64,000 nucleotides of DNA, from the NCBI GenBank assembly GCA_973895155.1, contig OZ316898.1, positions 16,475,420 to 16,539,419 of the forward strand, written 5' to 3'. The translations under genes were made by a program, and so were the position numbers. The DNA comes from Marsupella aquatica (lineage: Eukaryota; Plantae; Marchantiophyta). The notes beneath the pieces are model-generated. The model saw nothing but the letters and a program-made list of their open reading frames with translations, was not told the DNA's origin and did no database searches. Below, one piece after another: positions 35,727 to 47,576 of this stretch; position 1 is the first letter of the stretch, and every line of letters starts with the position of its first letter.

Positions 35727-37776
35727 TATGGTGCGTCCCATGGCTCCCTAAACCCAAGAAACCCCCAGCTCAAGCCGATTCCCGCAGGTTTCGCGCTTGG
35801 CGAGGCCGTTTCTGCGGCTTAGCGGCATGGGACGTTGCTAACCTCCTTCTACTATTACTATTAGCCTTTTACACACATATACTGGACAGATCCTTCATCG
35901 GGTCATGAGATACGTAGCCGGCCTAATCTAGGCCTTCCCTTGTCTTCCTCTCCTTCTGGTTAGGTATGTTTGGATTCCGCCGCCAGAATGATCCCCAATA
36001 GGCTTGGTTAAGCCGCTAAGACCTCTCTCAGCTCGACACATCCAACTCTCACTCCCTTGCTTACTTTCCTTCCTTCTGGTTGATGTGGGCACTCTTCACA
36101 CAAGTTAATGCGACACACAAATAGCAAAATGACTCCTTCTGACTGAGTCATACCATGCACTTGCCATACAAACAGTACATCTCATACACAAGCTCTGCAA
36201 ACTAAGCCGTGAGGCCAACTCTATTCAGCTCTTAAGCATGAGGAAACATGAATATACACAAGGTCACGGTATGACTAACCGAGAGCTTCTCTTACTACTT
36301 GATCCCAGCCCGGCTGGTGCAAACTAAAAACTTGCTAAAGAAGAGGCCCTGAGCTCCCCGCTGCCCAGGTACTTATCCTGGTAGTGGATCCGCCTAATTC
36401 TTTGCAGCGTAAGCCTAACCTACCTAACAGTAATCTACCTGCCCGAATCTACCTATGTACAGCAAGGCAGGAGCACAAGTGTTGCTCCTACCAGTGGAAC
36501 CGCAATCCCACTAAGCTAAGTGTCAGGGCCGCTCCTGGTCCTGATCCTAATCCTAAACTTGGAGATCAGCGCCCGCCCTGCCCACTCACGCCTCCTACCT
36601 CCACGTCCGCCCTTCCTAAAAGGAACGACGCCCTTGCACCGTCACAACACCGGTGGTGGATCCTCAATGGACGCCCCCAATGCTTCCTCCGCAACCACTG
36701 CCGTTGGTCCGTCCTCTGACAGATTACCTGCCTCTGACCGAGTCAACTTTTCATCGGCCTGACTGGGCCCACCCTCGGCTTTGGCATCGGCTCGGGGATC
36801 ATTCTCGGCTACGGCCTTAGCCTCGGCTTCAGCCATTGTCTCCCCGGCCTGCTCAAGAGGTGGATCTGGGATACCGGCCTCATTACTGAGTAGTTTGGCT
36901 TGGGCCGCGCCATCCCCAACTTTGGTGATAGCGGAATCTATTGCCGTGTTCATGCCAGAGGTTGGTGCCGGTTTGAGTACGGCTTGAGGGGTCAAATAAC
37001 CTCCGGACCCTGAAGGTTTCCGCTTCTTCTTCTTCACTATCTCCACAGCCTGTTCCTTCCCTTTGCCGCCAACGTCCGGCACCGGGCCGTGTGTCACGGC
37101 TGGTCCTTCGGTAATTACCACCCCTGGTAATTGGTTTGCCCCAACGGGAGATGGACCTGATGCAGCTAAGCATTTAAATACTGCGGCTTGTTTCTTCAGC
37201 CGCTCAGTTTGGTTGTCGACCCGCCGCTGTAGGTTCTCCAACTTCCTTGTGATTTCCTCCAACTCCTCCTGGGTCTCATCCAGGTCCTTACGTGCCTTCT
37301 CCAGCTCGTTTTTGGCTTCCTCCAATTCCTTATGGGCTTCCTCCAATTCCTTCTTGGTGGTAGCCCTCTCCTCCTGGGTTGCTCTCAGCTCCTTGTCGAG
37401 CTCCGCTACGACCTCAGACTCCATGTTATTCATCTTGGCATAAGTCTGGTCGAGCTGGGCGTCCTTCTCCCGCAGGTCGGCCTTGAAGCTGGCCGACAGG
37501 GACGCAAGCTCCTGCTGTAGCGCAATAATCCCTTGATAGGATTTCCCTAACTCGGCCTCCTTCTGTTCAAGGGCTCTCCCTTCAGCGCCCTCTCCCTTCT
37601 CTGAGTCTCCGCCGTGACCCGGTTGTTGACTGCTATATGGGCCTCCTCTACGTTTCTCAGCTCCTTCTTCCATTTCTCCCTGTCCTTGATTGCGTCGGCC
37701 AATTCTCCCTGGGTTTGAGTCAGTTTATCCTTGATAATCTGATTATCAGCCTGCGCTAAGTCCAACTGCCCCTGCA
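35727..37776 (-). repeat. Truncated 5' LTR of element B, including the coiled-coil end of the accessory ORF (36642-37776)
   Basis: Colinear with 24838-26896 with a few percent mismatches and a 19-bp deletion near 37577. Confidence 0.9.
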
Positions 37777-38624
37777 GGCCACCATCTCCTAATCTGCATT
37801 GAGTCCAAGCGTGATGTGCTATGATAGATTTTCAGTTTGTCACCGTCGAGGTCCAACAAGATTAACATACAAGTCCGCATCCCAATCAATGCTCATTATG
37901 GTTGCTATCTAATTCCTAGTCTAAACATGATTGTTGATTACTATGTATACCTCTTCCTACAGTACTTCTATGGTCCTATTAACCTTATATGTCTTAATCT
38001 ACTAGAAGAATGAATGCAAGTGACACATTGCTTGTGTCACGCTTTTGCATTTGCTCCATTCTTAAATATACGGTTTAGTGAAGTTATAGGCTAGAGGCAA
38101 GGTTGAAGGTCATCGGATGTAGGAGCTTGGTGGGAAATTGGATGCTTGAGGGCCGTTGGTCCAAGCCCACTATTGTCCGATCTCACTATTGAAGTTGCGG
38201 GTTCAAGGGGTTTTGTAAGAGTCATTTGACTTGGGAGCCGACAACCAAAGTTATCCTCTAAGCTATGCATGGGGTGTTCCAACTCTTCTCTTTGGAAGAC
38301 GACGTCTTGGTTTTTTTGTCAGAGCTTGGTGGGAGGGTTGAATTGTTTCTAGTCGGGGCATGTGGTGAGTGTTCAAGGTGGAAGACAACAATGTGGCAAC
38401 AAAAACTGAGTCCACACCGCAATACCATTAAAACCAGTCCGTACCCATCTTCTGAGCTTTGGCTAAGTAGGGAGCTCAATCCAACATTGTTGACAAGGCT
38501 ATAATAGGAGAAGTTGAGCCCTCATCATTGGAGCCAGGGTCTCCTAAGAAGCGGGTATTGTGAAGCCTGGATCTGCCAACCTTGGAGGAAGAGGTGGAAC
38601 CCGAGAAAAGCCCGGGCCTGACTC

Positions 38625-39378
38625 CACCATCATACAAAGGAGTTTGATTAGCCAAACTTGACTTTGGTCTGGACCAAAGCCTAAGGGATCAAGTGGAAGT
38701 TATCCAAAATGAACACTATCATAAGTATACAATCGGGATGGACAAGACATTTAACCTAGCTAGGCAATGCACTAAAGGGGCCTGAGGAGAAGTCCATTCA
38801 AGTGTTGTTACAAGGAGTATGAAGATGTATTCGCATGGAGTCATCATGATCTGACAAGTGTCTACCCCGAGTTGGGAGAGCACACAATTAACTTGAACCT
38901 GGGAGCCCATGCCATGCATCAGAGACAAGGCGCATGAATCAGTGCTACTTGACCTTGGTAAAGGAAGAGATAATTTGACTACTTGCCATGAACATCATTC
39001 ACCTGGTTAGGGCTAGTGATTTGGTGTCACCTATTGTTATTGTGTTGAATAAGGGTGGCACGGAAGGGAAGCCAAGATCCCAATCTGTTAAGACTATTGC
39101 AAGTTGAATGGTGCTATGAGGAAAGATCATTATCCTTTACCCTTTACCCTTTACAAGTATGGTCCTTGACATGGTGGCTTGCCACGAGATCTATACCTTC
39201 TTAGATGGGCCAAATCTTAGACAATCAAATATGGATCCAATTTTTGGACCTACGTTTTTAGGAGGATGCCCTTCGGGTTATGCAATTCCCCAACTATGTT
39301 GTAGGGAAGCAAATCTAAATTTGCATCTGACCAAATGTTTTTTTCCAAGTAGAGGAAGGTGTACTACTTGGGCATGGG
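38625..39378 (+). pseudogene. Degenerate gypsy RT fragment related to element A; resumes briefly at ~42535
   Basis: MVLDMVACHEIYTFLDG; ..GVLLGH before and KHGFEVDQEK after the CRE-like insertion. Confidence 0.75.
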
Positions 39379-39384
39379 GCTTTT

Positions 39385-42300
39385 GTGACCGCTGCCTCCC
39401 CTATGGTGCCTCAGATTCCTCTCGTTCAGCGTTGTCTCCGTCAGTGCCTCATGTTGGGTCAGTCTGGTGAGTTCTCGCGGGCTGCGCACTTGTTGGTTCC
39501 CCTTTCGCCTGCCTCATCCTTCGAGGAGACCATTGGCGCCCTACGGTCTCTTCATCCCCCTTTGTCCTTTGGGATCCCTGGATTTGTTGGGAGTTTCTTG
39601 CTTGAGCCTGAGTTCTCCCTCTCTCGGGAGGTCTTCATTTCATCTGCCCTGTCTCTCCGCTGGTGGCCTGTCTGGGATGATGTTTGAGCATTTGAGGGAT
39701 TGCTTCCTCCCGGATGACTCGGCTTTTGGATTCTCTCAGCTTTTTTAGGTTTGTGCCCATGTTGTCGGGGGTCGTATTCCTCCTATTGTGGCGCGGCTCC
39801 TAGGTGCTAGTTGGCTTTTGGCCATGGCCAAGGTGCTGGATGAAGTTAGGCCCCCTAGCCAGTGGTGAGGTTCTTTATCATATGGTTAGTCATTGTGTTT
39901 GCCTTCAGACTTGGTCACCGTTTGCGTCTCACCTTTCCCCTCATCAGTTTGGCATGGCCACCCCAGGGGGTTGTGAGAGTGTCATGCATGGCTTGCGTGC
40001 TATCGCATACCTCCAGCCAGATTGGGCAATGATCTAGGTGGGTGTGGCCAATGCCATCAACACTGTTTCACGACGGGCCATTTATGAGGAGCTTTGGGAT
40101 GTCGGTGGTGTGATTGCATCCCTCATTCCTTTTGTTTGCGCCTTCTATGGGTCTCTTGCCCTTTTGTTCTACCCTGTCCGTCTCAGCCCTAGCTCTTACA
40201 CGACTATTCTTTCTGAGTTGGGCACTCGACAAGGAGATCCTATTGGGGGGTTTTTATCTGGCATCGCACACTTTCGGACTCTCCAGGCTTCTGCGGCTGC
40301 TTTTTCTGGGTGCATGTTCTGTCCATTGCGGATGATACCCATCTTGTGGCACCAACATCAGTTTTGGGGGATGCCTATATTCATTTTGTGGACCAGTTGT
40401 CCCTTCTTGGCCTCTCTGTCCAGCCCTGCAAGTGTGGGGTCTGGTCTCCGCATCCCCTCGCAGACTCTTTCTCCCTGCCCCTGCTCGGTATCCCCATTCG
40501 GACTTAGGGCATCCGGGTTCTTGGTGTACCTTTTGGGGGAGAGGCTTTTGTTCGTGAGTTTTTGCAGGCTGCATTATCTCAAGATGTCCTTCACATTGAT
40601 TAGTTGGTGGCCCTCGGAGACGTCCAAATTGCTTTCATGATTTTGGTCCAGTGCTTTGTTCAACGCCCTTTGTACCTTCTTCGGACTTTGCCTCCCACAC
40701 CTATGTTTCTGTCTCTACTCTCTTCATTTGACACCACCATGATGGAGGCTTTTAGTCACCTTATTGGTCCTGGGGCCTTTGACGAAGAGGACGGCTCTTA
40801 TACTACTCGGCAGGCTTCTTTGCCCCCGTCCGGTGGGGGCATGGGTGTTTCCTCAGCTGTGGTCACTGCTCCCTGTGCCTTCCTTGGTTGTTGTTGGGCA
40901 AAGGGGGGCCCTGCTCTGGCCTCCAGGTCCATTGTGGATCTTCGACCCATCCTTTTTGACCTTGTCATTGGGGTGGAGGATGGCAGTCTTCCTTTCCAAG
41001 TTCAGCTCCACCACGCTGGGTCATTACTACCCGAGGTTGTGCAGGTTGCTGTTCCCGCTTTTGTGGAGTTTGTCTTTGATAGTCCGGATCATGTTTAGTA
41101 GGTGATATCCGACCGCATGCACTGTCATTCCCTTTCTAGCATGCTCTCCGATGCACCTTCGGATCTCTGTTTGGGCCCGCCTCTTATCTTGCTCGGGTTT
41201 TGGTTTGGGTGCATGGCTTTTTGCGAGTCCTCTCTGGGCCCCCTTCCGCATGAGCTCCTTCCTCTTCACCACATCTATGCACCTTCGTCTGGGTCTCCCT
41301 CACCCTTGCCTCCTTGGCCAACCCTCTTGTGTCTGTGGGGCTTCTTTGGACCCATCCGGCATTCATATTCTTAGGTGTAGCCACGGGAGTGAGCGGACGG
41401 TGACACATGATGACATTCAGGATGTGGTTGCTGCCATTGCCCGGGACTTTGGTTACCATGTTGCTACGAAGCCACGACATGTCCTTCCCTCCAGGAATGG
41501 CATTCCAGACCTGCGTTGAGCTGACCTGGTTTTTTCTTGGGCAGGTGTTTGTTCCCTTGGTGATGTGGTGGTTGCCGATCCTACTGGTGGGGGTAATGTT
41601 GCTGTGGCTGTCCATGTTCCTAGACATGCTGCTGCCAAGGCAGCTCGGCTCAAGGAGGAGGCCTATGCGGTTCTTTACCCGGGGGATCTCTTCTTCCCTT
41701 CACCATTGAGGCCTTTGGTGCTCTCCACCCTCGGTTTGACCACTTCCTTTGGGCTTGTGTTGTGTTGTGTTTTGTATTGAGCGGAGTCTCCTCCTGTTTT
41801 TGTCCTCACGACCTTCTTTCGACATAGGGTATCTATGGCACTTATAGGGGCCCAAGCTTTCACTATTTTTTGTAGGGCCAAGGTAGTTGGTTTTAGGGGC
41901 TCTCGACAAATTCCCCTCCGTGACCCTCCTATGCGGTTTACTCCAGAACTCTACCAGGCTTTTCAATTTACCGCCTAGTGGGGTTTTTGGTTCATTGTTT
42001 GCTTCTTAGTCTTTTGGTTTTTCTGTGTTACTCCTTGACTTTGTGGGTCTCGTTGGTCTTCTTGGGGGCTTTTCCTTCCCCTCCCTTTATTGGGTCCTTT
42101 TGCCTTTGGGACCATGTCTCCTTTGGCATTCTTGTCTTTTTGGCAGTGTGATATATATATAAAAACATGGCTTTGAGGGGTCTTCTTGGGGGCTTTTCCT
42201 TCCCCTCCCTTTATTGGGTCCTTTTGCCTTTGGGACCATGTCTCCTTTGGCATTCTCGTCTTTTTGGCAGTGTGATATATATATAAAAACATGGCTTTGA

Positions 42301-42535
42301 GGGGTCTTCTTGGGGGCTTTTCCTTCCCCTCCCTTTATTGGGTCCTTTTGCCTTTGGGACCATGTCACCTTTGGCATTCTAGTCTTTTTGGCAGTGTGAT
42401 ATATATATAAAAACATGGCTTTGAGGGGTCTTCTTGGGGGCTTTTCCTTCCCCTCCCTTTATTGGGTCCTTTGGCCTTTGGGACCATGTCTCCTTTGGCA
42501 TTCTCGTCTTTTTTGGCAGTGTGATATATATTTAA
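39385..42535 (+). mobile_element. Degenerate non-LTR retrotransposon, CRE/SLACS-like (RT, CCHC, restriction-like endonuclease)
   Basis: NAINTVSR, GTRQGDPIG and IADDTH RT motifs; CVCG..HILRC; H.D.IQD; D..DVVVADPT; ends in a (TA)n/A tail. Confidence 0.75.
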
Positions 42536-42551
42536 AAGCATGGCTTTGAGG
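42055..42551 (+). repeat. Tandem array, 4 x 124-125 bp
   Basis: The ATGG of CATGGCTTTGAGG recurs at 42167, 42291, 42415 and 42540. Confidence 0.95.
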
Positions 42552-42951
42552 TAGATCAAGAGAAGCTGACACTATGATTTCAGAAGTATTCTCCTAGACC
42601 TCAACTCTAGCTTCTCTGAGCAAATTATAAGTAAGATTGGAGCTAATGACGATGCATATCGAGAAATCGGAGGTGTACCAAAAAGTGTTTAGTGTTGTGT
42701 ACTCCTGGCCTGTGCGAGGGAATTAGTATAGGTGGTGCTGTTCGATGCTTTACGCGAGGGTATTTCCTTTGTCTTCGTCGTACCCTGGTTTAGGTTTTGC
42801 ACTTCTGCTTCGTTTGCTTCCTCCGGAGGTTGTTCGTCTTTCCATCCCGGTCCGTTTGGCATTCCTGCGTTTCCGGGATCGTAGCAAATTCCGCTTTGGG
42901 CCATCTAGAGGATTTCATCGTGCTACCGATAGAGAGGAAGGGAGTGCTGCC

Positions 42952-44139
42952 ATGCCTCCTAAGGCTGGCGCGAAGGGCAAGGTCCCGGTCGCGGAGCGCC
43001 CGATCCTGGGCCGATTTTCCTCCCATTTGAAGATCGGAATCGTCGGCCTACCAAATGTCGGAAAATCAACTCTCTTTAACACTCTCACCAAGCTCTCGAT
43101 CCCAGCTGAGAACTTCCCCTTTTGTACGATTGAGCCGAATGAGGCTCGCATCAACATCCCAGACGAGCGCTTCGACTGGCTGTGTCAACTCTTTAAACCT
43201 AAGAGTGAGGTCCCAGCTTTCCTCGAAGTGCACGACATTGCAGGATTGATTCGAGGTGCGAACGAAGGAGAAGGACTAGGAAACGCCTTTCTATCCCACA
43301 TCCGAGCTGTGGACGGTATATTCCATGTCGTAAGGGCATTTGATGATGCAGATGTGATCCATGTCGAGGACACCGTCGATCCTATTAGGGATCTAGAAGT
43401 CATACATCAGGAATTACGTCTCAAGGATATTGAGTTCATGCAGAGGTCCGTGGAGGATGCAGAGAAAGGTTTGAAGCGAAGCCCTAATGACAAACAGCTT
43501 AAAGCTGAGTTAGAGTGTTGTCATAAGGTGATTGACTGGCTCACGGAAGGGAAGGATGTCAGACTGGGCGACTGGAAGGCAGCAGAGGTGGAGTTCCTCA
43601 ACACGTTTCAGTTGTTGTCTGCTAAGCCTGTTGTGTACTTGGTCAATCTCACAGAAAAGGACTATCAGCGGAAGAAGAACAAGTGGCTTGCAAAGATTCA
43701 CACATGGGTGCAGGAACATGGGGCCGACCCTATCATTCCTTTTAGTGGTTTACTTGAATCTAAGCTTGCCGATATGACACCTGATGAGGCAGCGGCATAT
43801 TGCAAACAGAATGAGCTTGTAAGTGCGCTGCCCAAGATCATTAAGACCGGATTTACTGCAATTCACCTCATTTACTTCTTCACGAGCGGCCTAGACGAGG
43901 TGAAGTGCTGGCAGATCAGGAAACAATCCAAAGCTCCACAGGCTGCTGGGGCGATTCACAGTGATTTTGAACGGGGTTTCATCTGTGCGGAGGTCATGAA
44001 ATTTGAAGATCTCAAAGAGCTTGGAAGTGAAGCAGCTGTGAAGGCTGCCGGAAAGTACAAACAGGAGGGGAAAAACTACGTGGTGCAGGACGGTGACATC
44101 ATTTTCTTCAAGTTTAATGTATCAGGAGGTAAAAAGTGA
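42952..44139 (+). CDS. OLA1: Obg-like ATPase 1 (YchF), intronless, 395 aa
   Basis: [30 protein letters not shown] domain ending [13 protein letters not shown]; the ATG at 42952 gives the eukaryote-type MPPK start. Confidence 0.96.
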   Translation: MPPKAGAKGKVPVAERPILGRFSSHLKIGIVGLPNVGKSTLFNTLTKLSIPAENFPFCTIEPNEARINIPDERFDWLCQLFKPKSEVPAFLEVHDIAGLIRGANEGEGLGNAFLSHIRAVDGIFHVVRAFDDADVIHVEDTVDPIRDLEVIHQELRLKDIEFMQRSVEDAEKGLKRSPNDKQLKAELECCHKVIDWLTEGKDVRLGDWKAAEVEFLNTFQLLSAKPVVYLVNLTEKDYQRKKNKWLAKIHTWVQEHGADPIIPFSGLLESKLADMTPDEAAAYCKQNELVSALPKIIKTGFTAIHLIYFFTSGLDEVKCWQIRKQSKAPQAAGAIHSDFERGFICAEVMKFEDLKELGSEAAVKAAGKYKQEGKNYVVQDGDIIFFKFNVSGGKK

Positions 44140-45980
44140 CAGGGTGCAGGCTGGAATTCGCACCCTCCAAAGGGGTTAGCTGGATACAACAGTGATTTAT
44201 CAGGCCCAAAGGTAGGGAGCAGGTCAACCTATTTGTTTCTAGCATGGGTGTCGTCACTTATTATTGGCCTGTAACAATCCTGGAGAAGAGTATATTTTTG
44301 ATGCAGATGGGTCTCAGTACACCACAGGAGAGGTCATTGCACAAGCGAGAATGTTTATTTTGAATTTGTTTCCTTCATTATTATTCTTGCAGGTGGGCTG
44401 ACTATTCGCTGATTTGCAATTTGGAACGTGTTATTACTATGCTGGTCATATGTAATCGTGCACTTCACATTTAAGGGGATCGTCGATCATCCCGGTCTGT
44501 CCGTAGAAAAGTTAGTGATGAGACAGCGAAAGGTAATTTTTGTTTGAAATAAATGCCATTGAGAATACCATCATCCAACCACCACGAATCGAAGGAGTGA
44601 TTCTTTTTCTGAGATATCACCGAATACTGGTTTTCTTGGACATGGAAAGAACAACTATATAGAGCACCGAAATTTCTACGCTCTTTGTGAATCAAAGTTG
44701 TCATTTCTCCTACTTCTTGCTGCAGAGAATGTCCGAAAAGTAGATTAGTCGCATTTGAACAGTTCGGCAGTGTCTACCTTAGCGCTGGGTGCAAAATGTG
44801 CCGCTCTATATCCAATCCGGCAGGGGAAGAAGTGTTCGGTCGTCTCTTAAACAAAAAGGAACTCTGCCTGGTCTCTGCGAAATAATCCCTAACTCTATAT
44901 TATTGATTAGGAAATCTTCCAATGTCAAGCGGATACAACCTTTACTGTATGAGACACGCAAATGTAGGAGTCTGCGTGATGCTCTCACAGTATGCAAATA
45001 CTGTCCACTCCCTACCGTGGAAGATTAGCTACCTAAGCCGCAATCGAGAAATGCTTCTGGGACTAGTTCTTGCCACCTTTTCCTCACTAATAGACCCGAA
45101 AACTGGAGAAATTCTTGATCCCCACTTCTAACTAGAATAGTCTAGTCAGATGATGCAGGATACGAATATGTTGGGCAGTGCGTCACTTCTGGAGCTGAGA
45201 TGGTTGTTCCCCTGGTGTACTTTGAGGTGGGAGAGTAGTTTCGCCAAATTCAACTCCAATCCATGAAGTCGAGGATAATTAGTCTATGTGTCGGACCCTT
45301 CAAGTAAGACGTATGGATGTTGTCTAAAGTAGTTGTACAGCTGAGCTTGAAAGCAGAACTTCCGTGATGGCTCCTCTGTGAGAGCTTATTCAGGAGATTG
45401 TATAAGGGTCATCCAGCTTGGCAATTGAGTTCAAGCATTTGTTTCGCTTGAAAATGAGATTAGCCGCTCTTGTTTCAACTTGGTTTGATTCTGTCGGATC
45501 CACAAAGAAATTGCCCTCTACCGTCGAGATACAAATCTGTACGGTATTATTTTGGTGAATGTTTTCCTTTCTCGCATGGGTAATTTATCTTGAGTGTAGG
45601 ATGGCTCAATATCAAACGTCACCTTAGGACGGAATTACTTGAACATGGTCTGGACTAAAACCATTATTCTATGGAAGTCTGCTACCGCCCCAAGGTGTTG
45701 TCACCGATTCGCTTGACGACTCTGTAAGACGCCAAGAAGGCAATGCATTGCAGTCTCATGTCCGGACGTTAACAAACTGGGTTGAGCGTTGAAACCTTAA
45801 TGTTTACTTGCTTACTTTGTTTCGTGCTGCAAATCTACCCTCAGTAGCTAGCGACGAGGAATATCGACTGTTCTCGATGGGTCTTGACAGAAACATCATC
45901 ACATTAAAGCTTTCGCTAATATAGAATTAGACATGATGGTGTGAGCAAACCTTTGTTACAGAGTCCTATGCACTCGACTA

Positions 45981-46725
45981 CGTGTGTGCTCACTGTGTCC
46001 CTGGCTAATCTTACTAATAAATCGTGAACATGTGTGTCCCTAGCTAATCTTACTAATAAATATATGTGTGTGCTCACTGTGTCCCTGGCATATCTTACTA
46101 ATAAATTGGGAACATGTGTGTGCTCACTGTCCCTAGCATATCTTATTAATAAATGGGAACATGTGTGTGCCTTAGTGTGTCCCTCGCATATTTACAACTA
46201 TAATAAGGGATCTCTTGCCCTTTTCCGTCCTTTGTCCCAATACAAAAAAGTTCCAGGGTGGGAAAGATTCACAACCGTTGGATTTGATTGGTTGTTTTCA
46301 CTTACCATTGAAGGAGGAAAGGGGCACCCCTGGTGCATATGTGCTTCCCCATGCTGTCCCATAAATGCCCTGGCTAGACTCCCTATGGGCCGACCTTCCT
46401 TGTGCCGTGCAACACACGGGCATAAGGCTCCTCTTACTAATAAATCATGAACATGTGTGTGCTCAGTGTGTCCCTAGCACCCTAGCTTATCTTACTAACA
46501 TGTCTGTGCTCAGTGTGTCCCTAGCTCCCTAGCTTATCTTACTAATAAATAATAAATAGTGAACATAAGCTACTTTCAAGGCTAGTGTCTAGAGAGAAGC
46601 CTCTAGACCCTAGCTTAAAATATGGACAAATTGAACTCAAAAATAAGGACAAAACTGGACTTCAAATATGGACAAAATTGAACTAAAAAATAGGGACAAA
46701 ACTGGACTTTAAATAAGGACAAAGT
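45981..46725. repeat. Degenerate short-repeat cluster, probably a non-autonomous DNA element
   Basis: About six copies of TGTGTCCCT(A/G)GC..ATCTTACTAATAAAT, followed by ~21-bp GGACAAAA repeats. Confidence 0.55.
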
Positions 46726-47576
46726 GAGGGTCAACTCAACAAATGAAGATGGGGCATATATAGTGAGAGATAACATTGAATTTTTTTTCAAGTTTTTTAG
46801 GGTCTTCATCTCTATTTATTTAAGGAACTGTTAATCAGGCTAGGTGTCAAAAACTGTTGAACAACACAGCCCCGTCCTCAAAGGTAGTCCGGCCAATATG
46901 ATGATGTCACATTAACTCTCTTCCTTCCATCTCTACTCTTGACCTTAATTTTCTTGTACAGGTTTTTACATATGTCCCCCAAACTACCCTAATTTGATAA
47001 CCTGTCCCCCAAAACAAGTTCTAATTGGGTGTTTCTGTTGGAGGCAACGGCCCCCTTGCTCTCGGTGGAAGGAATTTGGGAGGAGATGGATGAGGGAGAT
47101 GAGGAACGATCTGCCTCTGAGCAACAGTCAGACATGGATTTATCTGAATACGAATGTCTAAACATGGATTTATCTGAATACGAAGGTCTAATTTCACGTA
47201 CTGCGAGTAAGAAGGATCGGGCCAGGAAGCTGGGACGACGCTCCCCTCCTGATGATAAGAAAAAGGATAAAGTCAAGAAGAACGCTAGGAATCAGAGGTC
47301 CTTACAATTTGCTGCTGGTTCCAAATTGCAGGACATTGATGGATGGGTGACTCCTGGACGAAGGCTATCCCGTGATAAGAAAAAGAAATCTGAAATCCAC
47401 CTGTGGAGACCGAGGAACTCTCTAAGGCGGGAGAGAATATGGCCCTGTCTTTGGTGATGAGCCCTGCTGCAAGCCCTGCAAGGGCTACCTCCGGGCTGGG
47501 ACCCCCTCTCTTGCTCCTGTTTAAATAATTTTGGTCTCAGCTTTGTGTGTCTTGATGAAGCTGCTTGGTGGAATGA

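Larger units (their letters stand above)
24838..37776 (-). mobile_element. Ty3/gypsy LTR retrotransposon B with a complete 3' LTR and a truncated 5' LTR
   Basis: Direct repeats 24838-26896 and 35727-37776; PBS; gag-PR and pol ORFs; PPT. Confidence 0.92.

Noticed and set aside
38020-38040. Hairpin GTGACACA/TGTGTCAC as a Helitron end or LTR start
   Set aside because: No CTRR terminus at the expected distance and no partner repeat found
42055-42551. CRISPR-like array
   Set aside because: Whole units are repeated with no unique spacers; eukaryotic context; no cas genes
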